Shown: piece after piece, positions 10,053-19,861 of the stretch
Position numbering within the stretch: the first letter of the stretch is position 1
How the letters are laid out: each line of letters opens with the position of its first letter
Source: Bacteriovoracaceae bacterium
Lineage (GTDB): Bacteria > Bdellovibrionota > Bacteriovoracia > Bacteriovoracales > Bacteriovoracaceae
Assembly (NCBI GenBank): GCA_048270185.1
Contig: JBLWTJ010000001.1
Coordinates: 96,001-160,000, forward strand
Direction: 5' to 3'
DNA length: 64,000 bases
Notes under the pieces: model-generated
Database searches by the model: none
Told to the model about the DNA's origin: nothing
Seen by the model: only the letters and a program-made list of their open reading frames with translations
Made by a program: the position numbers and the translations under genes

Positions 10053-10535
10053 TTAGTGTCCAGTTTTCATTTCGATTTGTGACTGCATGTAATTCTCAAC
10101 ACCAATTTTTTCAATCAGTGCTAGTTGAGTTTCTAGCCAGTCAACATGTTCTTCTTCTGAGTCTAGGATTTTAGAAAGAAGGTCACGTGAAACATAGTCT
10201 TGTTTCTTCTCACATAATTCAATGGCCTCTTTTAGAAGAGGTACAGTTTCAGCTTCTGTTTCAAGATCGGCTTCAATGATCTCTTTTACATTTTGGCCGA
10301 TTCTAATTCTTTCAAGTTTTTGAAGATTTGGCAGCCCTTCAAGAAATAAGATTCTCTTGATGACTTCATCGGCAAATTTCATCTCATCGATACTTGCTTT
10401 GTATTCTAAATGGCCAATCTTATCTAGTCCCCAATCTTCAAGCATACGAGCGTGAAGGAAGTATTGGTTAATGGCCGTTAATTCTTTTGTTAGTACTCCG
10501 TTAAGAGCTTTGATTACGTCTTGATCACCTTTCAT
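10053..10535 (-). CDS. bfr: Bacterioferritin
   Basis: MKGD..ELTAINQYFLHARM..SIDEMK..ILFLEGLPNL..EEEHVDWLE. Confidence 0.97.
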   Translation of the reverse strand: MKGDQDVIKALNGVLTKELTAINQYFLHARMLEDWGLDKIGHLEYKASIDEMKFADEVIKRILFLEGLPNLQKLERIRIGQNVKEIIEADLETEAETVPLLKEAIELCEKKQDYVSRDLLSKILDSEEEHVDWLETQLALIEKIGVENYMQSQIEMKTGH

Positions 10536-10601
10536 GATTAATCCCTTTCATATTTATTTTATGAGTTAATGCTATAGAAGAATGGCGTGTGTTTCAAGGA
10601 C

Positions 10602-10814
10602 TTATTTTTTTGGTAGGGTTAAGTTTTTACTTTTAACTTCGTTCTTTTGAGATTGATTTTTTTTAGAAAGACCTGCTGAGACTTGTTCGATAAGACAAAC
10701 ACCGCATGAATTACCAACACCAAGTTTATTCATAACTTCTTTTTCTGTCTGACCCTGCTTAATTGCATTGTCTAACATATCTTGTGTGATGGCATTACAT
10801 ATACATACGTACAT
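10602..10814 (-). CDS. bfd: Bacterioferritin-associated ferredoxin
   Basis: MYVCICN...CGVC; upstream of bfr. Confidence 0.93.
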   Translation of the reverse strand: MYVCICNAITQDMLDNAIKQGQTEKEVMNKLGVGNSCGVCLIEQVSAGLSKKNQSQKNEVKSKNLTLPKK

Positions 10815-10910
10815 TTTCTTATCTCCTTGTTATATATTATCGGCATTAGTTTCAATAATCAAACAAAAAGTTGGCGTCTAATATATTTTTTAGGGGAGTC
10901 TAATGAAAAA

Positions 10911-11765
10911 TCAAGTGTTTAGATATTTTAACATTTCCTTAATTAAAAGATCTGCCAGGCCTTGTTCTCCGATTAATAAGTCAGTATAGGCCATACCTGC
11001 GGAGCTATTGGCCTCGAGAAATTTAAATTGGCCATCTAATCCTTCAAGAATATCCACGGTGATAAAGTGAAAGTCTAGGCTCGATTCAATGGCCTGTGTA
11101 ATGTTCATCACTTCTTTAGGAGTATCATTAACTGCGAAGTTCTTTGTTAGCGAGTTTTTAAAGTTTAAGATTTGAAAATCGGCCTCTGTATGCTTTGGAC
11201 TTTTTCTTATGATGATCTTTTGAGTTTTACCAATACAGATAACACGCCACTCATAGCGCATTTCAAAATAGGGCTGAATTATATAATTGAGATCTGCGCT
11301 TTCGATGATTTGTCTTCGATCAGTGGCCAAGTCAGTACTGGTGCGTACTCCATATCCCTTTTGTCCACGGATCGTTTTGATAATCCACTTCTGTGACTTT
11401 GTTAAAAATTGTCCATTATCGATTAATTCTTTTGTTTCAATCATCTTCTCAGATCCAAGAATATCCTTGAAATAACGATATTGAACGAGTTTATCTCTTA
11501 ATATTCTTGAACAGCTAACTGAGTTTACTATTGGAGCCTTGCAATCCTTACTTAGCACATCCAAGTCTTCATCATTGTAATTAAGTCCTGTGTTACGATT
11601 GATAACGAAGAGGCACTCGTTAAGTATATGTCGATTATTCTCTAGCTCATCAGTTCTTAAAATGATTGGTCTTAGTCCATTATCTTTAATGGCATTTACT
11701 AGGGCCTTCGTGGCGTAGAGTTCTGGGTTATTGCTAATGATGAGAATAGTTTTTGTGGATTGCAT
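10911..11765 (-). CDS. RimK-like ATP-grasp ligase
   Basis: DKL, IIKT..GQKGYGV, IIQPY, VDI..FLEANSS. Confidence 0.75.
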   Translation of the reverse strand: MQSTKTILIISNNPELYATKALVNAIKDNGLRPIILRTDELENNRHILNECLFVINRNTGLNYNDEDLDVLSKDCKAPIVNSVSCSRILRDKLVQYRYFKDILGSEKMIETKELIDNGQFLTKSQKWIIKTIRGQKGYGVRTSTDLATDRRQIIESADLNYIIQPYFEMRYEWRVICIGKTQKIIIRKSPKHTEADFQILNFKNSLTKNFAVNDTPKEVMNITQAIESSLDFHFITVDILEGLDGQFKFLEANSSAGMAYTDLLIGEQGLADLLIKEMLKYLNT

Positions 11766-11852
11766 AATTAATGAGATCTCTATAAAATATTGATATTATA
11801 TCTATTTTGTATGATATTATAACTTGTTATTAATATAGCCAAATTGGTAGCT

Positions 11853-12962
11853 ATGGAATCAAATTTTAAATATAAATTAATTATATCATCTCTATTCTTA
11901 CTTCTTACTGCTTGTAGCGGAGTTGAAGTTATACAATCAAATCAAAAACCAGAAGTAGCTCGTAAAGAAGTAAAGCATCCAACGACACACAAAGTTGCTG
12001 AGCATGCCGAAGATATTTCATCTAACTTCACTGACCATTCTCATAAGAATGACTTTGTAAAAGAGTCTAATTCAAAGAGAATCAACGCTTTCTGTGGTGA
12101 TATCGATAAGAGTTTTAAAAAATATGGCTGGGGTGAGTCACATTGTGAGTCCTATAAATGGATTCATGTAAGAGATACTCATCAAGGCCGTCCTATTATG
12201 TGGACAGTTTTCGGAGATGAATCTGAGCACAAAGTAGAACCAAAGAATATGACTCTTATCTTCTGTGGTGTACACGGAGACGAGATTACACCGATTAAAT
12301 TCTGTTTTGATATTCTTCATCATCTCTACCATGAAGTGAATACTATCGAAGGCAAGAAGAAGTTTAAGAATAACTTAGTGGCCGTGGCACCTATTGTATC
12401 GCCAGATTCATTCTTTAAGAAAAGGCCAACAAGAACAAACTCTCGCGGCATCGATCCAAATCGTAACTTTCCAACAGCAGATTGGGATAAGAACGCTCTA
12501 AGGCTTTGGAAGAGCCGCTATCGTTCTGCAAAGAGACGTTTTCCTGGATATAAGGCAAACTCTGAACAAGAGACAGTTTTTCAAGTTAATATCATTGCCC
12601 GCTATAATCCAGATAAGATTATCACGGTTCACGCGCCACTGACGATTCTTGATTATGATGGGCCCGTTGTTTCAAATCATATCCATGAAGAAGATGGACT
12701 GGCACTTAAGGCCGAAGAACTTCTCAATACGATGAGTAAGAAGGCCAATGGTTATAAAGTTAAGAATTACCCATTCTTCCCTGGAAGTCTTGGTAACTAT
12801 GCCGGTAACGAAAGAAAGATTCCAACTTATACGCTTGAGCTTCCTTCAAGTGATAATCGCAACCACAAAAAGTATTGGAAGATGTTTAGAGAATCAATTG
12901 ATTTTGCCCTCTTTCATGCTCCAATGACTCGTAGTGAAGTGACGGCCAATAAGATTGATTAG
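11853..12962 (+). CDS. M14 zinc carboxypeptidase (MpaA-like), lipoprotein
   Basis: Lipobox LTAC; GVHGDE, RTN..DPNRNFP, HAP, GSLG, TLEL; start moved to ATG 11853. Confidence 0.85.
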   Translation: MESNFKYKLIISSLFLLLTACSGVEVIQSNQKPEVARKEVKHPTTHKVAEHAEDISSNFTDHSHKNDFVKESNSKRINAFCGDIDKSFKKYGWGESHCESYKWIHVRDTHQGRPIMWTVFGDESEHKVEPKNMTLIFCGVHGDEITPIKFCFDILHHLYHEVNTIEGKKKFKNNLVAVAPIVSPDSFFKKRPTRTNSRGIDPNRNFPTADWDKNALRLWKSRYRSAKRRFPGYKANSEQETVFQVNIIARYNPDKIITVHAPLTILDYDGPVVSNHIHEEDGLALKAEELLNTMSKKANGYKVKNYPFFPGSLGNYAGNERKIPTYTLELPSSDNRNHKKYWKMFRESIDFALFHAPMTRSEVTANKID

Positions 12963-13054
12963 ATATTAGTCATTTTAGGTAGTTGTCCGCCACTTTTTTT
13001 CAAATTAGGTCGAATTAAATTGACTGAAATTCTAATATTAACTATTAGTAATCT

Positions 13055-13978
13055 ATGGAAAAGATGACTTACAAACTAGTGGGCCTTGCCCAATCTAGTA
13101 CGCCTTATGATATGGCAATTACTACTGATACAATCACAAATAATAGTGTGAATATTATCGGTTTTGGTTTCGATGGCACTGCTTGTTTTAGAAAAGGAAC
13201 TCGCTTAGGTCCAGATGCTCTTCGTGAAGTTTCTGATGGGATTGAAGTTTATTCACCATACTTAAACTTATCTACTGAAGACTATACATTCTATGATCTT
13301 GGAAATCTTCCTATTAAGAATCAGGAAGAAGAGAGTTGGTTTGAGGCGACAAAGTGCTTTGAAGATAACTTCACTCCAATCAATCTTAAAGAAGCAGATA
13401 TTAAACTTCTCACACTTGGTGGAGAGCACTCGATTTCATATGGCCCAATCAAGAAGTACTTAAATGACTTTGATGATCTTATGCTTATTCACTTAGATGC
13501 GCATGCGGATCTTCGCGATGGTTATCTTGGATATCATTACTCACATGCTTCAATTATTAAAAGATGCTTGGATCACTTTGGCCCAAAACATGGCCTTATC
13601 CAATACGGAATTCGTTCAGGTACAAAAGAAGAATATGAGTATATGAATAAGGAAGGGACGATTGCAAAATCCCGCGCTGAATTCCTTGAGAGAGTTCGTG
13701 CTATTGATAGCAAGAGACCAATTTATTTAACTCTGGATCTTGATTATTTTGATCCTAGCTTCTTTCCGGGAACGGGAACACCTGAGCCAGGTGGAGAGGA
13801 TTTTCATTCTTTTATTAGCTTTATTAAAATTCTTCAAGAAAAGAATACTGTTGGGTGTGATGTTGTTGAACTTGCACCTGAAATTGATACATCAGGAAAT
13901 AGTTCCGTTTTTGCGGCCAAGGTTGTTAGAGAAATAATTCTTCTTTTAACTTCTAAGACTCAAGGGGCACAAAAGTGA
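13055..13978 (+). CDS. speB: Agmatinase
   Basis: GGEHS, DAHADL, DLD..DP..PGTGTPEPGG; upstream of speA. Confidence 0.95.
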   Translation: MEKMTYKLVGLAQSSTPYDMAITTDTITNNSVNIIGFGFDGTACFRKGTRLGPDALREVSDGIEVYSPYLNLSTEDYTFYDLGNLPIKNQEEESWFEATKCFEDNFTPINLKEADIKLLTLGGEHSISYGPIKKYLNDFDDLMLIHLDAHADLRDGYLGYHYSHASIIKRCLDHFGPKHGLIQYGIRSGTKEEYEYMNKEGTIAKSRAEFLERVRAIDSKRPIYLTLDLDYFDPSFFPGTGTPEPGGEDFHSFISFIKILQEKNTVGCDVVELAPEIDTSGNSSVFAAKVVREIILLLTSKTQGAQK

Positions 13979-15885
13979 CAGATAAGTGGACAATTAACGA
14001 TTCAGATCGTCTTTATAATGTGAGTAAATGGAGTAATGGCTACTTCAAGATAAACGATAATGGTAATCTCATGGCAATGCCAAATCCAAAGAAGAACGTT
14101 GGTATTGAGCTAGATGATGTTATCGAAGAAGCAAAAGAACAAGGTCTGCAATTACCACTTGTTATTCGTTTTCACGATATTCTACGCTCGCAGGTAAAAC
14201 TTCTAAATAGTACTTTTCAAAAAGTAATTGATGATGAAGATTATCACGGGAAATTCTTTGGGGTTTATCCTGTCAAAGTAAATCAAATGAGAGAAGTTGT
14301 TGAAGAAATCGTTGATGCAGGTTCTCGTTATAATTACGGACTTGAAGCAGGTTCTAAACCAGAGCTGCTATCTGCGCTTGCTTATAATACAAATCTTGAT
14401 TCACTTACTGTTTTAAATGGTTATAAAGATCGTGATTACCTAAAGCTTGCTATCCTTGGGGCCAAGATAGGACGCAAGATTTTCGTTGTTATAGAAAAGT
14501 TCTCAGAACTTAAAATGCTAGTTGAGCTTGGAAAAGAACACGGAATCATTCCTTTCATTGGTATCCGCGGACGTATGACAGTTAAAGGTCGTGGTAAGTG
14601 GGAATCAAGTGGCGGAGAGAAGGCCAAATTTGGTCTGACGACTTCTGAAATTATTCTTGCTATTGAGTATCTTAAAAAGCATGACCGTCTCGACATGTTA
14701 AAGCTTTTTCACTTTCATATTGGATCTCAAATTACAGATATTCGTTCAATTAAAGAAGCGATTGAAGAGGGTTCACGTATTTATTGTAAGATGCAAAAGA
14801 TCGGTGCTCCTCTACAATACTTTGATGTTGGTGGTGGACTTGGTGTTGACTACGATGGAACGAACTCAACGAATGACTCATCAATTAACTATTCAATTAC
14901 AGATTATATAACTGATATCGTCTACGGCCTAAAATCTGTGTGCGATCTTGAAGGTGTTGAGCATCCTCATATTATTACTGAAAGTGGCCGAGCGATTACT
15001 GCTCACCATAGTTGTGTAATTACAAATATCATTGGTGAAATCGATAATACTAAAATCGAATTCTCGACTAAGCAAGAAACAGGTGAGCACAACCTTGTCA
15101 CTGAAATGAGACAAGTTGGAGAGGTTCTGGCAAAGACTAAGAATTGGCAAGAAGCATATAACGATGCCATGAAGATTAAGTCTGACTCAATCCACGCTTT
15201 TAAACTTGGAATTCTTGAACTTGAAGAGCGTGCAAAGATTGAGACAATGCACCTTCGTATTCTAAAAGAAATTAATACATTAGTCCCTGAAGAGGATTTT
15301 CAATCTGAATTAATGGAAGATTTAGAAAATACTCTTAGTGGACAATATCTTTGTAACTTCTCTGTTTTTCAATCAGCTTGTGATAGCTGGGCAATTGAGC
15401 AAGTCCTTCCTGTTGTTCCTCTAAAACGTCTTGATGAAAAACCTGGTAAGAGATCAACTCTTGCAGATATTACATGTGATAGTGATGGAAAAATTGATCG
15501 CTTCTATGATCCTGATGAAGGATTTAAGAAGACAATTGCAGTTCATCAGCTAACTGAAGGTGAAGAGTATCGCATCGGGATATTCTTAACAGGAGCATAT
15601 CAAGATGTAATGGGTGATATGCATAATCTCTTTGGCCGTGTTAACGAAGTTCACGTCTACGCTGATAGTGAAGATCCAAAAGGATTTTATATTGAGGAGA
15701 CTGTTGAAGGAAACTCTGCCCGTCAGGTTCTATCAACGATGCAATACAACCCTGAGTATATGGCCTTTAAAGTGAAGCGCTCGATTGATCGTCAAGTTGC
15801 TCGTGGACAGATTCGTCCTCGTGACGGTGTGTCATTAGTTGACTTCTACGAGGCCTGTCTTCAGAGTTATACTTACTTGTCGTAG
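13975..15885 (+). CDS. speA: Biosynthetic arginine decarboxylase
   Basis: YPVKVNQ, GLEAGSKPEL, HFHIGSQ, DITCDSDG, GAYQ..GDMHNLFG. Confidence 0.97.
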   Translation: MTDKWTINDSDRLYNVSKWSNGYFKINDNGNLMAMPNPKKNVGIELDDVIEEAKEQGLQLPLVIRFHDILRSQVKLLNSTFQKVIDDEDYHGKFFGVYPVKVNQMREVVEEIVDAGSRYNYGLEAGSKPELLSALAYNTNLDSLTVLNGYKDRDYLKLAILGAKIGRKIFVVIEKFSELKMLVELGKEHGIIPFIGIRGRMTVKGRGKWESSGGEKAKFGLTTSEIILAIEYLKKHDRLDMLKLFHFHIGSQITDIRSIKEAIEEGSRIYCKMQKIGAPLQYFDVGGGLGVDYDGTNSTNDSSINYSITDYITDIVYGLKSVCDLEGVEHPHIITESGRAITAHHSCVITNIIGEIDNTKIEFSTKQETGEHNLVTEMRQVGEVLAKTKNWQEAYNDAMKIKSDSIHAFKLGILELEERAKIETMHLRILKEINTLVPEEDFQSELMEDLENTLSGQYLCNFSVFQSACDSWAIEQVLPVVPLKRLDEKPGKRSTLADITCDSDGKIDRFYDPDEGFKKTIAVHQLTEGEEYRIGIFLTGAYQDVMGDMHNLFGRVNEVHVYADSEDPKGFYIEETVEGNSARQVLSTMQYNPEYMAFKVKRSIDRQVARGQIRPRDGVSLVDFYEACLQSYTYLS

Positions 15886-15984
15886 AATTACTTTGAAATT
15901 AATCGGTCCCTGATAATTGACTTACTTACTTTAGTGTTTGATAATTAATTATTACTAAAAGAAAGTTTGTCAGGGATCGATAAC

Positions 15985-17046
15985 ATGTCTTTAACATTTG
16001 AAAAGAATTCAAAACCAAATCTATTATCTAAAACCAATTACTTAATCATCTGCACTTTGACATTTATGACTCATGGAGTTCTTGTCTATAATTGGCTTAT
16101 GACTCGTAATATGTACAACCTCATCTTTATGGTCATTGGTGGTGTGTTTGCAATTACGGCCATTATTCCGATGATTAAAGAATATTATACAAAAGTACGT
16201 CTTGTTAATGATAAGAAGCTGATGGAGTTGGAAGTTGAAAGACTTAAGTCCGAAGTTAAAGAATTAAAAGATAGTAAAAAGGCCATGCAATTAAAGCTTT
16301 CTGAAGAAATGTCCCTTACCGATGAACAATCAGATCGTATTTCTCACTTCGAGCAACAGGCCCTTCAATTTGCAAATATAATTGATGATCTTCAAGCTCA
16401 GTTAGTTCTTTTTAAAGATACCCATACTGGTGTTGAAGATATTGCTCAGCAAATCAATGAGCTTCGTGAAAGAGGTCTTGATTTTATTGCAGGACTTGAT
16501 AGTGGCACAAAAGAAGATGAAGAGCAGTTCCATGCAACTTTTAATAACTTTATGAATGAGTTTAAAGATATGAAAGATCTTATCTTTCAACTTAAAACTC
16601 TAAGCTTTAGAGTTGATGTTCAGGCTTCATTATTAAATGATTCTGAGATGGCCCAATCTTCAAGTGAACTAGAAGGGCTAAGTCGTAATCTTGCAAAATT
16701 CTATAATACAATTATTGCTCTTCTTGCTAATTTAGAAGGTGATTTTGATAAGACGAAGAAAGAGCTACAGAATCGTCTTGAAACTTGTGCCCATGAGATT
16801 ACAGATTACACAGATTGCCAGCAAGATCTTAGTGCGGAATTGACAGAGTATAGCGAACAACTTGGTGTCGTTTATGATTGTGTTCAAAATAAACTTACAA
16901 TCTCAAATGAATTATTTGAAGAGATACCTACTGAAATGTCTCAAGAACTTGATGAGGAAGTGGATTCTTTCGATGTATTCATTGAAGAAAACACAGTAAT
17001 TTCAGCAACTAATCCATCAGTTTCAACTGATGCCTTCATTCAATAA
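15985..17046 (+). CDS. Membrane-anchored coiled-coil protein with degenerate MCP-like signalling segment
   Basis: 2 N-terminal TM segments, heptad-rich body, IFQLKTLSFRVDVQA resembles an MCP tip; start likely ATG 15985. Confidence 0.55.
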   Translation: MSLTFEKNSKPNLLSKTNYLIICTLTFMTHGVLVYNWLMTRNMYNLIFMVIGGVFAITAIIPMIKEYYTKVRLVNDKKLMELEVERLKSEVKELKDSKKAMQLKLSEEMSLTDEQSDRISHFEQQALQFANIIDDLQAQLVLFKDTHTGVEDIAQQINELRERGLDFIAGLDSGTKEDEEQFHATFNNFMNEFKDMKDLIFQLKTLSFRVDVQASLLNDSEMAQSSSELEGLSRNLAKFYNTIIALLANLEGDFDKTKKELQNRLETCAHEITDYTDCQQDLSAELTEYSEQLGVVYDCVQNKLTISNELFEEIPTEMSQELDEEVDSFDVFIEENTVISATNPSVSTDAFIQ

Positions 17047-17054
17047 TCAAATAT

Positions 17055-17082
17055 TAAAATAATTTCATTATTCGTCCGATAG
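17055..17082 (+). promoter_or_regulatory. Putative sigma28 (FliA) promoter
   Basis: TAAA-N16-TCCGATAG upstream of ORF 17128. Confidence 0.45.
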
Positions 17083-17127
17083 GCAAGCAAATGACTCAAT
17101 TAGAGTCTGCTTGTCATCGGGGAATAT

Positions 17128-17415
17128 ATGCCAATTCAAGATTTATCAGACGTCGACTTATCTTCTGCAGATACACATTCTGAGGAAGGAGGAACTGTAC
17201 GTGAGCATAAATTTGGTGGAACCCATGGCCACAATGACCTTTCACACTTATCTCTTTATTACAAGCAGCCTTGGAAGTCACAGATTGGGCGCACTGGAAT
17301 AGTTATACTGAGCTTCTTTACTATTGGTCTTTTCTTATCTTTTGGTGCTCTATTTCTAAGTTATACAACTTTTGGGCGTGAGTTTCTTCAGCATCTAGTT
17401 TTTAAGATCTTCTAA
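17128..17415 (+). CDS. Small hypothetical membrane protein
   Basis: GGGGA SD, C-terminal TM helix. Confidence 0.65.
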   Translation: MPIQDLSDVDLSSADTHSEEGGTVREHKFGGTHGHNDLSHLSLYYKQPWKSQIGRTGIVILSFFTIGLFLSFGALFLSYTTFGREFLQHLVFKIF

Positions 17416-17859
17416 AATAGTCTGTGCAATATTTTTTGGAATAGGCATGATTGATAGCCTCGAGCCCTTCTTAACCAGTGGCATTTCATCATAGCGAGAA
17501 TCTGCCTTCATCTCTTTTAATGTTAGAGGCCTTGGATATTTTTCGACGAATTTTACTTTCACTAGAAACCAGCGAGGATTTTCTTTTGTTGCCTTCGGAT
17601 CAAAGTACTTAGATTTTTCATCAAATTGAGTTTCATCGGGGTGAGACTCCTTGACTACTTCTGCGAGTCCTACGATGGCCGGCTCTTTACAACTTGAGTG
17701 GTAGAAAAAGATCTTGTCTCCAAGCTTCATCTCATCTCTCATGAAATTGCGGGCCTGATAATTCCTCACTCCATCCCAAGACTCAGTTTGTTTAGGTCTT
17801 TTGGCAAGGTCGTCAATTGAGAAAGCATCAGGTTCGCTTTTAAAGAGCCAGTATTGCAT
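17395..17859 (-). CDS. EVE-domain protein
   Basis: YWLFKSEP, WDGVRNYQARN, FFYHS, SRLS. Confidence 0.95.
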   Translation of the reverse strand: MQYWLFKSEPDAFSIDDLAKRPKQTESWDGVRNYQARNFMRDEMKLGDKIFFYHSSCKEPAIVGLAEVVKESHPDETQFDEKSKYFDPKATKENPRWFLVKVKFVEKYPRPLTLKEMKADSRYDEMPLVKKGSRLSIMPIPKNIAQTILEDLKN

Positions 17860-17871
17860 CGCTAGAATTCC

Positions 17872-18744
17872 TTATGGGTTTTGGATTAAACCTTCAAGAT
17901 TCTTTTTCATAAATGTTGGCAGATAGAAAGCTGCCTTATGAAGTCCTGCATTGTAGTAAGAGAATTCAAGTCCACTTGCTGCAACAGCTTCTTCTCTAAA
18001 ATCTGTAATTGGGTTTGTGTCGCCCTTTGTTGCAAAAGTAAATGACCACAGTCCACCAGGATAAGAAAGGTTAGAGAAATTATAAATGAATGTATTCTTA
18101 AAAATATCATTTAGAACACCAAGCATGCTCTTTTGAATCTCTGCTTCAAACCAAGGTGACTCACCTTGAGAAACAACGATTCCGTCATCAGCTAGACACT
18201 TGTTAACATTTGTATAGAACTCAGGACCAAAAAGTGGAGCCGCGGGCCCAATTGGGTCAGTTGAATCAATGATGATGACATCAAATTTCTCAGTAGTTTC
18301 TTGGACGAATTTAACACCGTCACCAATGATTAGGTTTAATTTTGGGTGGCCTTTTAATACTTCTGCAGTTTGTGGAATGAATTCCATACAAGCTTCACAA
18401 ACAGCTCCGTCAATTTCAACCATTGTACACTTCTCAACTGATGTATGACGAAGCACTTCGCGTGCTGTACCACCGTCACCACCACCAATAACGAGAACGT
18501 TCTTTGGGTTTGGATGAACAAATAATGGAACGTGAGAAATCATATCGTGATATGCGATTTCATCTCTTTCTGTAACCATAACAAGGCCGTCGTTAAGAAG
18601 CATTTTTCCATGCCCCTTTGTTTCAACAACATCAACAGTTTGGAATTCAGTCTTCTTAGAGTAGAGAACGTTTTCTACTTTATATCTCATTCCGTAAAAA
18701 TCTTTATATCTTTCTTCAATCCATAAGTTACTATGCATATTCAA
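17872..18744 (-). CDS. speE: Spermidine synthase
   Basis: VLVIGGGDGG, VEID, DSTDP, YP.G.W. Confidence 0.96.
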   Translation of the reverse strand: MNMHSNLWIEERYKDFYGMRYKVENVLYSKKTEFQTVDVVETKGHGKMLLNDGLVMVTERDEIAYHDMISHVPLFVHPNPKNVLVIGGGDGGTAREVLRHTSVEKCTMVEIDGAVCEACMEFIPQTAEVLKGHPKLNLIIGDGVKFVQETTEKFDVIIIDSTDPIGPAAPLFGPEFYTNVNKCLADDGIVVSQGESPWFEAEIQKSMLGVLNDIFKNTFIYNFSNLSYPGGLWSFTFATKGDTNPITDFREEAVAASGLEFSYYNAGLHKAAFYLPTFMKKNLEGLIQNP

Positions 18745-18747
18745 CTC

Positions 18748-19680
18748 CTATAATAATTTAAATGGTGCTAAGCGATTTGGGCGTAGTTTATAAAAGTGTG
18801 AGAAGTACATGATATACCCACACTTAAGATAGCTTTCAACTTCTGTCTTGGCCTTATATTGATCAAGGTTTAGCTTAAGCCCACAAGATCCACCTTGATT
18901 CGGGCAGAACTCAATAAAGTCGTAAGAAATTGGCTCAAGAGCATCAATGAGAATACTGGCAATCTCTTTCATATTAATATCAGTTTCGAAACTAATATAT
19001 GGACATTCCTCTTGAGGAGTAATGTGACAAGTTAAGTAATTATCATCCTTAATAGCGTTAAGAGAGTAACCGTAAGGATTAAATACAAAATCATCTAACT
19101 CAAAACCTGGAAGAATTTCATCAAGCTTTAAGAGATTTCTAATTTCATCTTTTGTGATATTTTCATTTGTTAAAAGTTCTCTGGCCTCACAAGAAATTTC
19201 ATACATGAGAAGTTCATAAGTATGATCATCTGCCGCTGGAGTGTACTCTTGATCTAGGAAATAAATATAATTGTGATGGTCATCGATATTTCCAAAGCGA
19301 AGTGCTTGGCCATCAAATTTTGTCTCAAGTAATTTTATATCATCAGCAAAAGTTGAATGCTGCATATGAGAGAAGTACTCATTCTTTCTTTGAAAAACTA
19401 ATTGCTTAATAACATCTTTCCCAAATTCATTGGTAAAGAAATCGATTGCTTGAATTAATGTCGTTTGCCCACAAGTGATAATGAGCATGCGATCTTTCCA
19501 TACAAAGAGGGAAGATTCAGACAGAAGAAATGCTTTAATTTTATCATTTCTAACACTAGAGAGAATTGTGGCCTTGGCCTTCTCTACTAATTGGGCCCAA
19601 AAAGAGTCCGGTAACTCGAGTAAATTAAGGTTGTCACCGACGATAATTTCGGCTTTTTTCTCAGATCCTTCAAAAATCAT
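18748..19680 (-). CDS. speD: S-adenosylmethionine decarboxylase proenzyme, eukaryote-type (class II)
   Basis: FEGSEK, LLSESSLFV (pyruvoyl cleavage site), TCGQT, GYSLN, HITP..YISFET; 310 aa. Confidence 0.9.
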   Translation of the reverse strand: MIFEGSEKKAEIIVGDNLNLLELPDSFWAQLVEKAKATILSSVRNDKIKAFLLSESSLFVWKDRMLIITCGQTTLIQAIDFFTNEFGKDVIKQLVFQRKNEYFSHMQHSTFADDIKLLETKFDGQALRFGNIDDHHNYIYFLDQEYTPAADDHTYELLMYEISCEARELLTNENITKDEIRNLLKLDEILPGFELDDFVFNPYGYSLNAIKDDNYLTCHITPQEECPYISFETDINMKEIASILIDALEPISYDFIEFCPNQGGSCGLKLNLDQYKAKTEVESYLKCGYIMYFSHFYKLRPNRLAPFKLL

Positions 19681-19816
19681 TTAGTTGTCCAAGTGTCTAA
19701 TATTATTAAAATTTGCTATGGCCCATCTTATTGCTTTATGGCCGTTCAGGCAAGCAATTTGGCCCTTAAAGCGGCCAGTATATAGTTTTTATAGCCAAAA
19801 ATAGTGGGCAAATTAC

Positions 19817-19844
19817 TAAAGTATTAACAAAAATTAACCGATAA
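19817..19844 (+). promoter_or_regulatory. Putative sigma28 (FliA) promoter
   Basis: TAAA-N16-ACCGATAA just upstream of the 19862 ORF. Confidence 0.55.
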
Positions 19845-19861
19845 AAAAGGAGAATAGTCTA

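Noticed and set aside
17082..17115. Hairpin GGCAAGCA..GACTC/GAGTC..TGCTTGTC as a c-di-GMP riboswitch
   Set aside because: Lacks the two-stem GEMM architecture with GNRA loop and receptor; more likely a plain 3'/5' UTR stem.
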